A stretch of 64,000 nucleotides of DNA, from the IMG/VR virus record IMGVR_UViG_3300045257_000045, positions 4,092 through 68,091 of that record. One strand, written 5' to 3'. How positions within the stretch are numbered: the first letter of the stretch is position 1; the number at the start of each line of letters is the position of its first letter. Origin of the DNA: a virus. The notes beneath the pieces are model-generated. The model searched no databases, had not been told where the DNA came from, and was given only the letters and a program-made list of their open reading frames with translations. A program made the position numbers and the translations under genes. Shown here piece by piece: positions 10,018 through 19,142 of the stretch.

Positions 10018-11187
10018 ATGATCGACACAGGCTTGGAAGAGCTGACAGCAGACGACTGGCAGAGGCTGGAGCATTACAACGGAGAGGTGGTGCTGGAGTA
10101 CTCCGCCAAAATCCACGCCTATACAGTCGTAGGGGAAGACGGCGTGCGCGTCTTGGTGCCTGGGGTGACCACCGTCATCGGCACACTGGACAAGTCTGGG
10201 CCGCTGACAGCCTGGGCGGCGAACAGCACCGTCGCTTGGTTCGTGCAGAACTTTCCCGTACTTGAAGCACGGGAGGGTTTAGCTGCTCTCTACCAGCGCT
10301 TCAGAGACAAGGCTCCGTGGGACGACGACGTAGATGGCCTACCGGCTACCGTCTCGTGCTCCACGAAGGAGCTGGCTAATCTGCTCAACGAAGCCAGAGG
10401 CAACTACCGCGCTTTGAAACAGACCGCCTGCGACGTTGGGAACCTAGCCCACATGTGGCTGGAGGGGTACGTTAAGGCGCTGATCGACGGTGAAGACTAC
10501 TCTGCGCCTATGCCAGACAACCCGTTCTCGGTGAACGGAATCCAGGCGGCGTTGAAGTGGTTCGCTCGACACAAGTTCAGGCCGGTGTTCAGCGAGAAGA
10601 AGATGTACAGCCGGGAGCATGGGTTCTCCGGTACGTGCGACTGGGAAGCCTACGTCACACCGTGTGAAGACACGTCCTGCTGCCCGCACGGCAGCGGCGA
10701 AGAGATGTTTGAGCTGGGTGACTTCAAGACCTCCCGTAGCCTCTACGACGAATACAGGATGCAGGCAGCGGCGTACGTCGTCGCCAGCGAGGAAGAGTTC
10801 CCGGAGCGCCCGGTAGACGGCGTGAGGCTGCTGCACCTGGACAAAGGGACAGCGGAGTTCGAATCGTGGCGCATCCCGCGCAGCGAGGTTGACTCCGACT
10901 TCGACGGCTTCCTGGGGCTGCTGCAAACGTACCACTGGCAGAAGCAGTTGGAGTACGACCGGCGCTACGTCAAGGACGTCGCCAGGGCAGAGAAGAAGGC
11001 GGCTAAGGCAGCGGCGGACGCGTTGAAGCCAAAGCGCAAACGACGCGCGGCGGTTCGTGAGGTCGCTGCTGAAGAGATCGGCATAGAAATCGAAGGTGAG
11101 ACACCGCTGGCTGCGCCAGCGAAGAGAGCGTCGCGCAAGAAGGCCGGGACTGATCCGGGAATACAGATCGAAGGGGAGGCAGCATGA
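10018..11187 (+). CDS. PD-(D/E)XK exonuclease (Cas4/lambda-exo-like superfamily)
   Basis: PGVTTVIG, GNLAHMWLE, FSGTCD, DFKTS, QAAAY motifs. Confidence 0.85.
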   Translation: MIDTGLEELTADDWQRLEHYNGEVVLEYSAKIHAYTVVGEDGVRVLVPGVTTVIGTLDKSGPLTAWAANSTVAWFVQNFPVLEAREGLAALYQRFRDKAPWDDDVDGLPATVSCSTKELANLLNEARGNYRALKQTACDVGNLAHMWLEGYVKALIDGEDYSAPMPDNPFSVNGIQAALKWFARHKFRPVFSEKKMYSREHGFSGTCDWEAYVTPCEDTSCCPHGSGEEMFELGDFKTSRSLYDEYRMQAAAYVVASEEEFPERPVDGVRLLHLDKGTAEFESWRIPRSEVDSDFDGFLGLLQTYHWQKQLEYDRRYVKDVARAEKKAAKAAADALKPKRKRRAAVREVAAEEIGIEIEGETPLAAPAKRASRKKAGTDPGIQIEGEAA

Positions 11188-11952
11188 GCGAAACGTATTT
11201 GATGGTGTCGGGCGCTGTGTTCGCGCTGGCCGCTATGGCGTGGAACCACGACGACTGGGGAAACTTCTTCGTCAAGGCTGCGCTATGGGGTATGACGGCG
11301 TGGAGCGTCTTCCAGGTCGGACAGATTCACGGAGTGTGGCGGTAAGTATGGAAATCAATTTGAACGCCGACCCGGCCTTCCGCGAGATGGTGAAGGCCGA
11401 AGTTCTAGCCGCCCTCCTGACCGGCGCAAGAGAAGACCTCAGCAAAGGTCTCAAACAGGCCATTGCGGAAGGTGTTCGGAGGGCAGAGATAAAGGTGCTG
11501 GGGTTTATCAGTACCGCAATTACAGAGGCCGTCTCCGGGTTCGCCACAAGGGCGTTCATCCAAGACAATGCACGCCAAGCGGTGAGGGAGCTGGTGCGAG
11601 AAACTCTGATAAACGAGGTCAAGGCCGCTGCTGCCGACGAGGTCAAGAAGTTCGACATCGGCGCTCTAGTCAAGGCCAAGTTTGCAAACCTGAAGGTGAG
11701 CATAATCGCATGACCCACAAAGAGATGGAAGACGCAGTTCAGGCCAGTCTGCTGCGGCGCATCAAAGAACGGATCATCCGCGCGGAGGAAAGCGTCGCGC
11801 GACTGAAGTCCTGGACGGATTTACAGATCGACACGAAGGCAGTCATTGACGAGGTTGACCACCTCTCCAACTTGGCAGACGCCATCGCCAACATCGCAGA
11901 GGCTTTGGCCAGTGTCGCCAGCGCAAGGAAAGACCCTCGCACAACTACTTGA
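11184..11952 (+). other. Three small genes (11184-11345 membrane peptide; 11348-11713; 11710-11952)
   Basis: Coupled ORFs; first is hydrophobic. Confidence 0.6.
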
Positions 11953-11978
11953 CACACACCTACCTTGTGTGCGATACT
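11949..11978 (+). promoter_or_regulatory. Conserved promoter copy 2 (drives tRNA and SSB)
   Basis: TTGACA-CACACCTACCTTGTGTGC(18)-GATACT. Confidence 0.88.
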
Positions 11979-11998
11979 TAAAGGGTACACAGCTTTTT

Positions 11999-12073
11999 GC
12001 CCCGGTCGTCTAGCGGCTAGGACAGCGGATTCCAGACCCGCTAACGTCGGTTCGAGTCCGACCTGGGGTGCCA
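11999..12073 (+). tRNA. tRNA-Trp (CCA)
   Basis: Cloverleaf: GCCCCGG/CTGGGGT acceptor, GTC/GAC D stem, GCGG/CCGC anticodon stem with TTCCAGA loop, GTCGG-TTCGAGT-CCGAC T arm, G73, encoded CCA. Confidence 0.85.
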
Positions 12074-12115
12074 CACCAAATTAGGTCCATACAAAAAGGA
12101 AATCAAAAACACTTT

Positions 12116-12961
12116 ATGTCGCAGGAAATCACACCGTATATTCAGATCACGCCGCCTGTCATCTACAGCGCCTACAACGCTGACGGCTATGACGAAACCG
12201 GCCTGAGCGATGTCGCCAAGCTCAAACCGGCCAATCTGATCCTCGTCCAGCCGACCACCAGGGAGCCGAAAGACGCTCGTCCTGGTCAGTTCCTGGACTC
12301 GTTGACCGACGAAGTCCACGATTCAATCGTCCTGGTTCCTCTCAGGACCAGCAAAGGCAGGGTTCTGTTCCCGCCTGGAGAGATTGATCTCGACGCCGAG
12401 CCGATCTGCCGTAGCGATGACGGCATCGTCCCCAGTCCGTACGCCAAGCAGCAGCAGAGTAGGACGTGCGCAACCTGCCCGATGTCGCGGTGGGTGGGTG
12501 GCAAGAAGCCCCCGTGCTCCGACAAACGGCGTATGCTCGTAGCCACTAAGGATACCGGCCTGCCCCGCTTCTTCACGGCTGGCGGCAAGTCCATCCCCGG
12601 TCAGCAGAAGATGCTCGACCGCATCAACGAGTACGTCCGAGTCAACGCCGCCAACATGAAGGCAGGCAAGCTGGACAAAGACGGCAACCCGCTCAAACCT
12701 CTGGCTCTGTTCGACTTCTTCTTCACCCTCAGCTCCGAGAAGGTGGTCGGCAAGTTCAGCTACTTCGTGGCGCGCTTCGACAATGTGAAGCGTGTTGCAA
12801 ACCCAGGCGACTTCGGTAGTCTCTTTGAGGAGTTCGTCATCAAACGTAGGCTCCAGGCTGAAGAGGACGCAGAGGCAGCTAAGGTAGTTGCTTCCGAAGC
12901 CTCGGCAGATGAGGCTGTGTCCAGCATCGTTGACGCGGAATTCGTTCCCGAAGACGTCTAG
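12116..12961 (+). CDS. Putative single-stranded DNA-binding/annealing protein with Cys cluster
   Basis: ICRSDDG...CATCPMSRW...PPCS pattern, acidic C-terminal tail (DAEFVPEDV), position in the replication module; start re-called at ATG 12116. Confidence 0.55.
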   Translation: MSQEITPYIQITPPVIYSAYNADGYDETGLSDVAKLKPANLILVQPTTREPKDARPGQFLDSLTDEVHDSIVLVPLRTSKGRVLFPPGEIDLDAEPICRSDDGIVPSPYAKQQQSRTCATCPMSRWVGGKKPPCSDKRRMLVATKDTGLPRFFTAGGKSIPGQQKMLDRINEYVRVNAANMKAGKLDKDGNPLKPLALFDFFFTLSSEKVVGKFSYFVARFDNVKRVANPGDFGSLFEEFVIKRRLQAEEDAEAAKVVASEASADEAVSSIVDAEFVPEDV

Positions 12962-12969
12962 TTCACACA

Positions 12970-13057
12970 TCGTGGGTCGTTCAAAAGACAGGACGGCGTG
13001 TTGCAACACGCTACGCCAAAGCGGTGAGGGAAACTAGCCGAACACGTGGCCCCACGA
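12970..13057 (+). ncRNA. tRNA-like RNA (aberrant; Cys-like anticodon arm, expanded T arm)
   Basis: TCGTGGG/CCCACGA stem, GTTC/GGAC D stem, GCGTG-TTGCAA-CACGC arm, GCCA/TGGC stem enclosing 28 nt; no CCA. Confidence 0.55.
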
Positions 13058-13064
13058 AATCACG

Positions 13065-13310
13065 CTGTGTGCTGAAGTCCCAAGAAGCCCTTGTCTAAGA
13101 GCTTGTGGTGGTTGGCGCTGGACTCGCCCACGGGAGCACACGGAAACCACAACAAAGTCCTCCCTGCCATCGGCAGGGTAAGGCTAGGTGAGGCGTAGAC
13201 CAGAAGCCAGTACACGCTTTGGCTGTGGTCGGACGGAGGACCGACTGCGGATTGCCTCGGGTTAGTGGCCCACAATGTTTGAACCACCAAAGAGGGTGAG
13301 AAGCCCTCTG
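13065..13310 (+). ncRNA. Structured RNA domains of unknown class
   Basis: CTGTGTGCT/AGCACACGG closes 13065-13143; GTCCTCC/GGAGGAC closes 13157-13241; internal hairpins; AGAGGG/CCCTCT hairpin near 13291-13309. Confidence 0.5.
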
Positions 13311-13315
13311 CACAC

Positions 13316-13397
13316 GCTCCCGAAGCCGAAGGGACGAGGCTACCCGATACAAAGGGGAGTTAGTCGGTGGATAAATCGAGTCCGACCGGGAGCACCA
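13316..13397 (+). ncRNA. tRNA-like RNA with 7-nt T-loop insertion and CCA end
   Basis: GCTCCCG/CGGGAGC acceptor + A + CCA; GCC/GGC D stem; T arm GTCGG-T[GGATAAA]TCGAGT-CCGAC; weak anticodon stem. Confidence 0.65.
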
Positions 13398-13414
13398 TTT
13401 CAACAAGGAGAACC

Positions 13415-13606
13415 ATGCAGACCAAACAGAATTTCTACTACTGCGCTACGTGCGGATCGCAAGCGCAGAAGCCCGCCTGTGAACGCTCACGCGGCGACAA
13501 GACGCCTGATAAGGCCACACTGGGGACATGGTCCTGCACTAAGTGCGGCAAGCATGTGAAAGTCAAACGCAGCAGCGAGGACGTTTCCAAGAAGGTGGCT
13601 GCTTAA
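13415..13606 (+). CDS. Small basic zinc-ribbon protein
   Basis: CATC...CTKC, AAGGAG RBS, start re-called at 13415. Confidence 0.7.
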   Translation: MQTKQNFYYCATCGSQAQKPACERSRGDKTPDKATLGTWSCTKCGKHVKVKRSSEDVSKKVAA

Positions 13607-14151
13607 TGGACTTCGAACCTTTTCAGAAGATCGCGCGGCTGAGCCGAGACATCGTAGTGACTGAGAAGATCGACGGCACGAACGCACAGGTGTTCGTCAG
13701 CGACGATCTCAGCGAAGTTAAGGCCGGTAGCCGCAACCGTTGGCTCACGATTGAAGCCGACAACTTCGGATTCGCCCGCCGGGTAGCGGAGAACCGAGCA
13801 GAGCTGCTGAAGCTGGGTCCAGGGCGTCACTTCGGTGAATGGTGGGGCAGCGGCATCCAACGAGGCTACGGCCTAGTCGGCGGCGACAAGCGATTCTCCC
13901 TGTTCAACACAGCCAAGTGGGGCGACGACGCTGTCAGACCGGCGTGCTGCTCCGTGGTGCCGGTGCTCTACGAGGGGGTGTTAGACCAGAGCGCTATCAA
14001 CGGGTGCCTGTTTCGGTTGCAGAGTTCGGGTAGTGTAGCCGTCCCCGGCTTCATGAAACCGGAGGGCGTCGTCATCTTCCACACAGCTTCCAGCCACCTG
14101 TACAAGAAGACCATCGAAGGCGACGAGAAGCCAAAGGGACGGGCAGCTTGA
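13606..14151 (+). CDS. RNA ligase (compact Rnl2/Rnl5-like nucleotidyltransferase domain)
   Basis: TEKIDGTNA (motif I), GSRNR, FGEWWG, FSLFN, VPVLY, EGVVI, YKK; TAATG coupling. Confidence 0.85.
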   Translation: MDFEPFQKIARLSRDIVVTEKIDGTNAQVFVSDDLSEVKAGSRNRWLTIEADNFGFARRVAENRAELLKLGPGRHFGEWWGSGIQRGYGLVGGDKRFSLFNTAKWGDDAVRPACCSVVPVLYEGVLDQSAINGCLFRLQSSGSVAVPGFMKPEGVVIFHTASSHLYKKTIEGDEKPKGRAA

Positions 14152-14783
14152 AAGATCTAATCCCTGTAGTAGCGTCGCAAGGCGCAATCCAGATCCGCGC
14201 CAGCGAAGTGAAGACGAAGCTGCTGGCAATCAAGGACAACACCGAGACCGGCTACCTCGACCAGTGCGACCTCCTCAGAGAGGCGCAGGAAGGTAAGTAC
14301 GCCGAAGTCTGGGGCTACGCCACGTTCACCGAGTGGATCGAGCAGGCCAGCGGGCTGGGTATGTCGGCGCGGCAGGCGTACTATTCCATCAAGATCAGCA
14401 AGACGGCCAACGCGCTAGGGCTTAGTAGAGCGCAGCTCAAGGCTGTGCAGATCTCCAACATGAAGGTCATCTTCGGCCTGGACGTCAAGCAGCACGAGGC
14501 TGCGATGCGTGAACTCATGGAAGAAGCGCCGGGACTTAGCCTGAAGGAAGTCACCAGCAAAGTCCAGGCTCTCAAAGGAGAACCTGAGTCGCAGTTCTTC
14601 TCGCTGAAGCTGGAGCAGGCTGTGTACGAGAACGTCATGGCGGCGTTCGAACTGGTCCGCAAGAACCACGGCTCCGTAGACGCTAACGGAGACCCGGTGG
14701 ACATCACGGACAGCAAGTGCTTAGAGCTGATCTGCGCCGAGTACATGAACGACGCTAACAACTACGAGGAGGACGAAGCATGA
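14148..14783 (+). CDS. Helical DNA-binding-like protein (DUF3102-like)
   Basis: GYATFTEWIEQ...MSARQAYYSIKI pattern. Confidence 0.5.
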   Translation: MKDLIPVVASQGAIQIRASEVKTKLLAIKDNTETGYLDQCDLLREAQEGKYAEVWGYATFTEWIEQASGLGMSARQAYYSIKISKTANALGLSRAQLKAVQISNMKVIFGLDVKQHEAAMRELMEEAPGLSLKEVTSKVQALKGEPESQFFSLKLEQAVYENVMAAFELVRKNHGSVDANGDPVDITDSKCLELICAEYMNDANNYEEDEA

Positions 14784-15526
14784 AAAAGTGGATTGCACTG
14801 TTCGGTTTAGCCGGTATGGTTATTCCTATGCTGTTTTGGGGAGGAGTTGCTTGGTTGGTGGGGTACATGGTGTGGCCTTGGTTGGCCTCTATCCTCCGCG
14901 CCAACGGAGTTCACGGGGTATGATCTGCCTGGGGCAAGATAACAGGAACATCCAGGTGGCGTTGGACAACGTATCAGCAAAGCTAATCCTCGCCATTCTG
15001 CGGCAGACAACCACCAAGCAACTGATTGGCGCGTCGGAAGACCTGCAACGTGACGGCTTCGCCTTGCTGAGCGGGATCGACGCCGAGGCGGCGCGCATGG
15101 ACGCTGTGTCTCTCCTAGCAAGACACCTGGACCGCATGGTTCACCCGTCGATCCTGCCGCCACAGCCACAGCCAGCAGCGTCGGAGCCAACCACAGAGAC
15201 GGAGTCGTCACCGGAGCCACCTAAGACGTGGCTGAACTAATATGCTACCAACATTCGAAGTAGGAAAGACGTACACACTCACCATCGAGAACACGCCTGA
15301 AGGGGATCTGGAAGAGTGTCCGACAGGGTTCACGGGGGTGTGTACGGAAGCTGTCGATGACTATGTCGTTTTAGAGTGCGAGATAGCCGGGGGCGTGGAA
15401 GTGGTGGACTTCACCTACTGCTGGAAGCACGACCAGTGGCACGACGACAACCTGTGGGGAAACCTAGTGGGGGCCGTGGAATCCGAAAAGGGTTGTCCTG
15501 GCGCAGACAACCAAAAATGGAAATAG
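14780..15526 (+). other. Small genes (14780-14923 membrane peptide; 14920-15240; 15242-15526)
   Basis: Coupled ORFs. Confidence 0.6.
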
Positions 15527-15608
15527 TACCAGTCGTTAAGGTAATAAACTCTTCTTTTGCTCCCGGCTACTCGGAGGCTGCATTGAATTATGACTTTCTG
15601 GAGGTGAA

Positions 15609-15881
15609 ATGAAGCGCGGCCTAGACTACCCCGACTACAAGCGTTTGGTGCGGTGCGTCTTCAAGCGTGACGAGTGGAAGTGCAGGCACTGCAAGAGCCG
15701 CAACGACCTCCACGCCCACCACGTTGTTTATCGCAGCCACGGTGGCCCAGACACTACCGGCAACCTCTTGACGTTGTGTGTCGCTTGCCATCGCAAGGTT
15801 CACGAGGGGGAACGCAAGCGCCGCTTGAGTATGAGCGGCGACGCTGACGGAGAGATGCAGTTCGTTTGGCTTTACTACTAA
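15609..15881 (+). CDS. HNH endonuclease
   Basis: RDEWKCRHC...LHAHHVVYRSHGG...NLLTLCVACHRKVH. Confidence 0.9.
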   Translation: MKRGLDYPDYKRLVRCVFKRDEWKCRHCKSRNDLHAHHVVYRSHGGPDTTGNLLTLCVACHRKVHEGERKRRLSMSGDADGEMQFVWLYY

Positions 15882-15891
15882 GGAGACACTA

Positions 15892-16574
15892 ATGAGCGTT
15901 GAATACTATTCCTGCGAGGAGTGCGGATATAACTTCCCGGATTGCGGGCGCTACGGACACTGCAAGTGTGAACGAATCTTCTGCGGCGGGTGCTTCGATG
16001 AGACCACGAAGAAGTACGGGCTTGTGGATATCAAAAACTACGGCTGGGTGTCTGACGGCTGCGACATCTGCACTTTTGTGACACCTACCGACTGCATGGT
16101 GTTGTACTACGCGCTGAAGTTGCTGAAGAAAGAACGTGCTGAGCTGGTTCAGGAGATGAGGGAGGCAAAAGGAAGCCTATGAAAGACTCTCTTGGGAACG
16201 AAATCACGGCTGGCTGCTACCTCGCCTGGGCGACGCGGGAAGGATCTTGCCACTCCGCCCTGCGCATAGGCAGGGTGTTGGGGGTGGGGATGAAAGAAGA
16301 GTATGGCACGAAGACACCACACATCTCGGTGCTGATGCTGACAACTGATCGCGGACTCACATCAAAGACCAGGAAGACTACTCTTTCCATTCCTGGTAGA
16401 AGCATTGTGATTAGCCCATCCTCGCTACCGGATCGGCACTACGGCTTGCTGTGCGCTGCGGCCATAGAAGGATGGGCCACGTCCTGCCCTGTAGACCCTG
16501 ACTACGTATGCGGCGCTGACTACTGCGACGACCCGGCGTGTAACACGCATGGACCGAGGAAAGATGACGCTTAG
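15892..16574 (+). other. Two Cys-rich hypothetical genes (15892-16182; 16179-16574)
   Basis: AAGGAG RBS, ATGA overlap, CxxC motifs. Confidence 0.65.
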
Positions 16575-18249
16575 ACCATTCCAGAAAGAGACGACGCAGA
16601 AGATCAAGGCGCGGCTGGCCGCTGGCATCACCAAGCAGCTCGTGCAATACGCTACCGGGCTAGGCAAGACGCCTCTGTTCTCTTCCCTGCCTGATGAACT
16701 CGGCTTCACAAAGCGCGTCCTGGTCGTCGTCCACCGGGAGGAGCTGAACACCCAGGCGCACGACAAGCTGAAGACCTGGAACCCAACCCGCACAGTAGGT
16801 ATTGAGATGGGCAGTAGGCGCTCCCACGGTGAGCAGCTCATAGTCGCAGGGAATGCCACGATTGGGCGTAAGGGGAGCCCAAGGCTGCTTCAGTTCAATC
16901 CGCTGGACTTCGACTGCCTTGTCATAGATGAATGCCACCACAGCACCTCCCAGAGCTACAAAACGATCATCGAGCACTTCACCCAGAACAAGGGTCTCCT
17001 GGTCCTGGGAGTTACGGCCACGCCGAATCGAGCGGACGGCACCGGCCTGGGAGAGATCTTCCAGGAGATTGTGGATGTCAAGGACATCCTGTACGGCATC
17101 AACAACGGATGGCTGGCTGATCTGCGCGGCATTCGCATCAAGACCGGCGTAAACATAGGGGAAGTCTCTAACAAGGCCGGTGACTTCGACCAGCACGAGC
17201 TTGGCGATACGGTCAATACCCCGGCACGCAACGATCTGATCGCACGGTCCTGGCTGGAGCACGCGAAAGACAGGCAGACGGTGATGTTCACCGTTGACAT
17301 CGCCCACGCTAAAGGGCTGGCCCAAGCGTTCAAGGGTCACGGGATCTCTGCCGAAGCAATCTGGGGAGACGACCCTGATCGGGCCTTCAAGCTGAAGTGC
17401 CACCGGGAAGGCAGCATCAAGGCTCTGATGAACTGCGCCCTGCTCACCGAAGGCTACGACGACTGGAGAGTGTCCTGCATCGGGGACGCTGCGCCGACCC
17501 AGAGCGAGTCCCGCTACACGCAGAAGATCGGGCGGGGAACACGTATCCCAGACGGCATTGGAAACCTACTCGAAGCCCGCGCCGCTGGCAAGCTGATCGA
17601 GAAGAACGACTGCATCATCCTGGACTTCGTAGACGCTACGTCCAGGCACAGTCTGGTTACTCTGCCCACTCTCTTTGGGATGTCGGCGGCAGCGGACCTC
17701 AAAGGCAAAGCCATCAGCGTTGTGACGGCTGAGATTGCCAAGGCTAAGCTGACGAACCCGTACCTCGACCTGACGAAGATCGAAGACGCCAGCCAACTCC
17801 AGGCGTACGCGGTGCAGGTAGATTTGTTCAAGGTCACCTTCCCGCCAGAGATCCTGGACATCTCTCCGTACCAGTGGCATAAGACCTCTGACAGGATGTA
17901 CTTCCTGGCTCTACCGGGAGGCAAGGGAGTAGGAGTCTGCACGGACATCCTAGGTAAGTGGCACATCCTCGGCAACGTTGGGGACTACAGAGTCAAGGAC
18001 GAACGGGAAACGTTCGAAGACGCCATCAGAGAGGCAGACTACAAGATTGAACTGCTTGGAGGGCGCGGCATCAAAGGCTTGATTAGCCGCAAGTCCAGGT
18101 GGCACGACGACCCTCCAACTAAGCCTCAGCTTATGGCCTGCAAGTGGAACAACATCTCTGTTCCCCCAGGCGCTACGAAAGGAGAAGTGGCTCTGAAGCT
18201 GACGGCGATGCGCGTGGAGAAGGACAGGCTGAAAGGACTAACAGTATGA
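16564..18249 (+). CDS. Superfamily 2 DExH helicase (ResIII/RadD-Irc3-like)
   Basis: LRPFQ, ATGLGKT, IDECHH, GVTATPNR, LTEGYD, QKIGRGTR. Confidence 0.93.
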   Translation: MTLRPFQKETTQKIKARLAAGITKQLVQYATGLGKTPLFSSLPDELGFTKRVLVVVHREELNTQAHDKLKTWNPTRTVGIEMGSRRSHGEQLIVAGNATIGRKGSPRLLQFNPLDFDCLVIDECHHSTSQSYKTIIEHFTQNKGLLVLGVTATPNRADGTGLGEIFQEIVDVKDILYGINNGWLADLRGIRIKTGVNIGEVSNKAGDFDQHELGDTVNTPARNDLIARSWLEHAKDRQTVMFTVDIAHAKGLAQAFKGHGISAEAIWGDDPDRAFKLKCHREGSIKALMNCALLTEGYDDWRVSCIGDAAPTQSESRYTQKIGRGTRIPDGIGNLLEARAAGKLIEKNDCIILDFVDATSRHSLVTLPTLFGMSAAADLKGKAISVVTAEIAKAKLTNPYLDLTKIEDASQLQAYAVQVDLFKVTFPPEILDISPYQWHKTSDRMYFLALPGGKGVGVCTDILGKWHILGNVGDYRVKDERETFEDAIREADYKIELLGGRGIKGLISRKSRWHDDPPTKPQLMACKWNNISVPPGATKGEVALKLTAMRVEKDRLKGLTV

Positions 18250-19142
18250 AGAAGATTCTATCAATTCAAGGCGGCGGCATTCGAGGGATCATCCCCTGCC
18301 TCGCTCTAATGGCGCTGGAAGAACAGCTTGGAGGCTTGACGAAGGACCACATCGACATGGTGGCAGGCACTAGCACAGGCGCTCTCCTGGCCGCGTGTGT
18401 GGTGACAGGAGTACCGGCAGCGGAAGCGCTCAAGGTCTACACCAGTCAAGGAAAATACATCTTTAGCCCTACATTCACTGCGCACAGATATCTGAACTTG
18501 GTTGAGGAAGGTCACCAGTTCGACAACGTGATCCTACACCAAATCGTCAGGGATACGCTAGGTTCTAGCGCCGACATGACGATCAACGACTCCCCCATCG
18601 ACGTGCTCATCACTGCCGTTGACATGGGAGGAGAGCGCAAGTACTTCGTCAAGGACAGCGCCAACAGCGTAAAGAAAACCGGTCACTACACAGTCCTGGA
18701 CGCTGCGGTAGCTTCGGCCTGCGCCACTACCTACCACGGGGCGTACCTTATCTCGGGCGACGGCTTCTACTTCGATGGTGGCACTGGAGGGCTGGCAGAC
18801 CCCATCTGGCACGCTGCCAAGCTGGCGTTCAAACTCGGGCCGTACAACCCTGCGGAGACACGCATCATCAACCTTGGCACGGGACGCTTCACACCGGCTA
18901 AGATGCCCGACCCTCCGGTGACCTTGCTAGAGGGGGTCTCATGGGTGACAAGCAGCTTGGTCACCGCCAGCAAGACCGAGGCGCAGGAAGACGTGGACAT
19001 GTTCTGGCCTGGGATTACGACGGGCCTGTTCCCCGAGCTGGCCGCTGACATTGACGAGGCGGATGTCTCAGCCATCCCGCTGTTACTGGAGATCGGCAAG
19101 AGACAAGCAGACAAACTGTACTGGAAGGCACTACTTTTATGA
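18246..19142 (+). CDS. Patatin-like phospholipase
   Basis: ILSIQGGGIRG, GTSTG (nucleophile Ser), FDGG (catalytic Asp), INLGTG; start re-called at ATG 18246. Confidence 0.92.
   Translation: MKKILSIQGGGIRGIIPCLALMALEEQLGGLTKDHIDMVAGTSTGALLAACVVTGVPAAEALKVYTSQGKYIFSPTFTAHRYLNLVEEGHQFDNVILHQIVRDTLGSSADMTINDSPIDVLITAVDMGGERKYFVKDSANSVKKTGHYTVLDAAVASACATTYHGAYLISGDGFYFDGGTGGLADPIWHAAKLAFKLGPYNPAETRIINLGTGRFTPAKMPDPPVTLLEGVSWVTSSLVTASKTEAQEDVDMFWPGITTGLFPELAADIDEADVSAIPLLLEIGKRQADKLYWKALLL

Noticed and set aside
13150-13200. AAAGTCC...CCAT.GGCAGGGT resembles the start of bacterial RNase P RNA
   Set aside because: No GAGGAAAGUCC context and no 3' ACAGAA...GGCUUA P4 partner; the segment pairs locally instead
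12970-13397. tmRNA, or a hammerhead/HDV-like (theta) ribozyme
   Set aside because: No G3-U70 acceptor pair or tag ORF; CTGAAGT and GGAAAC do not form a proper CUGANGA/GAAA core; I could not build an HDV pseudoknot by eye
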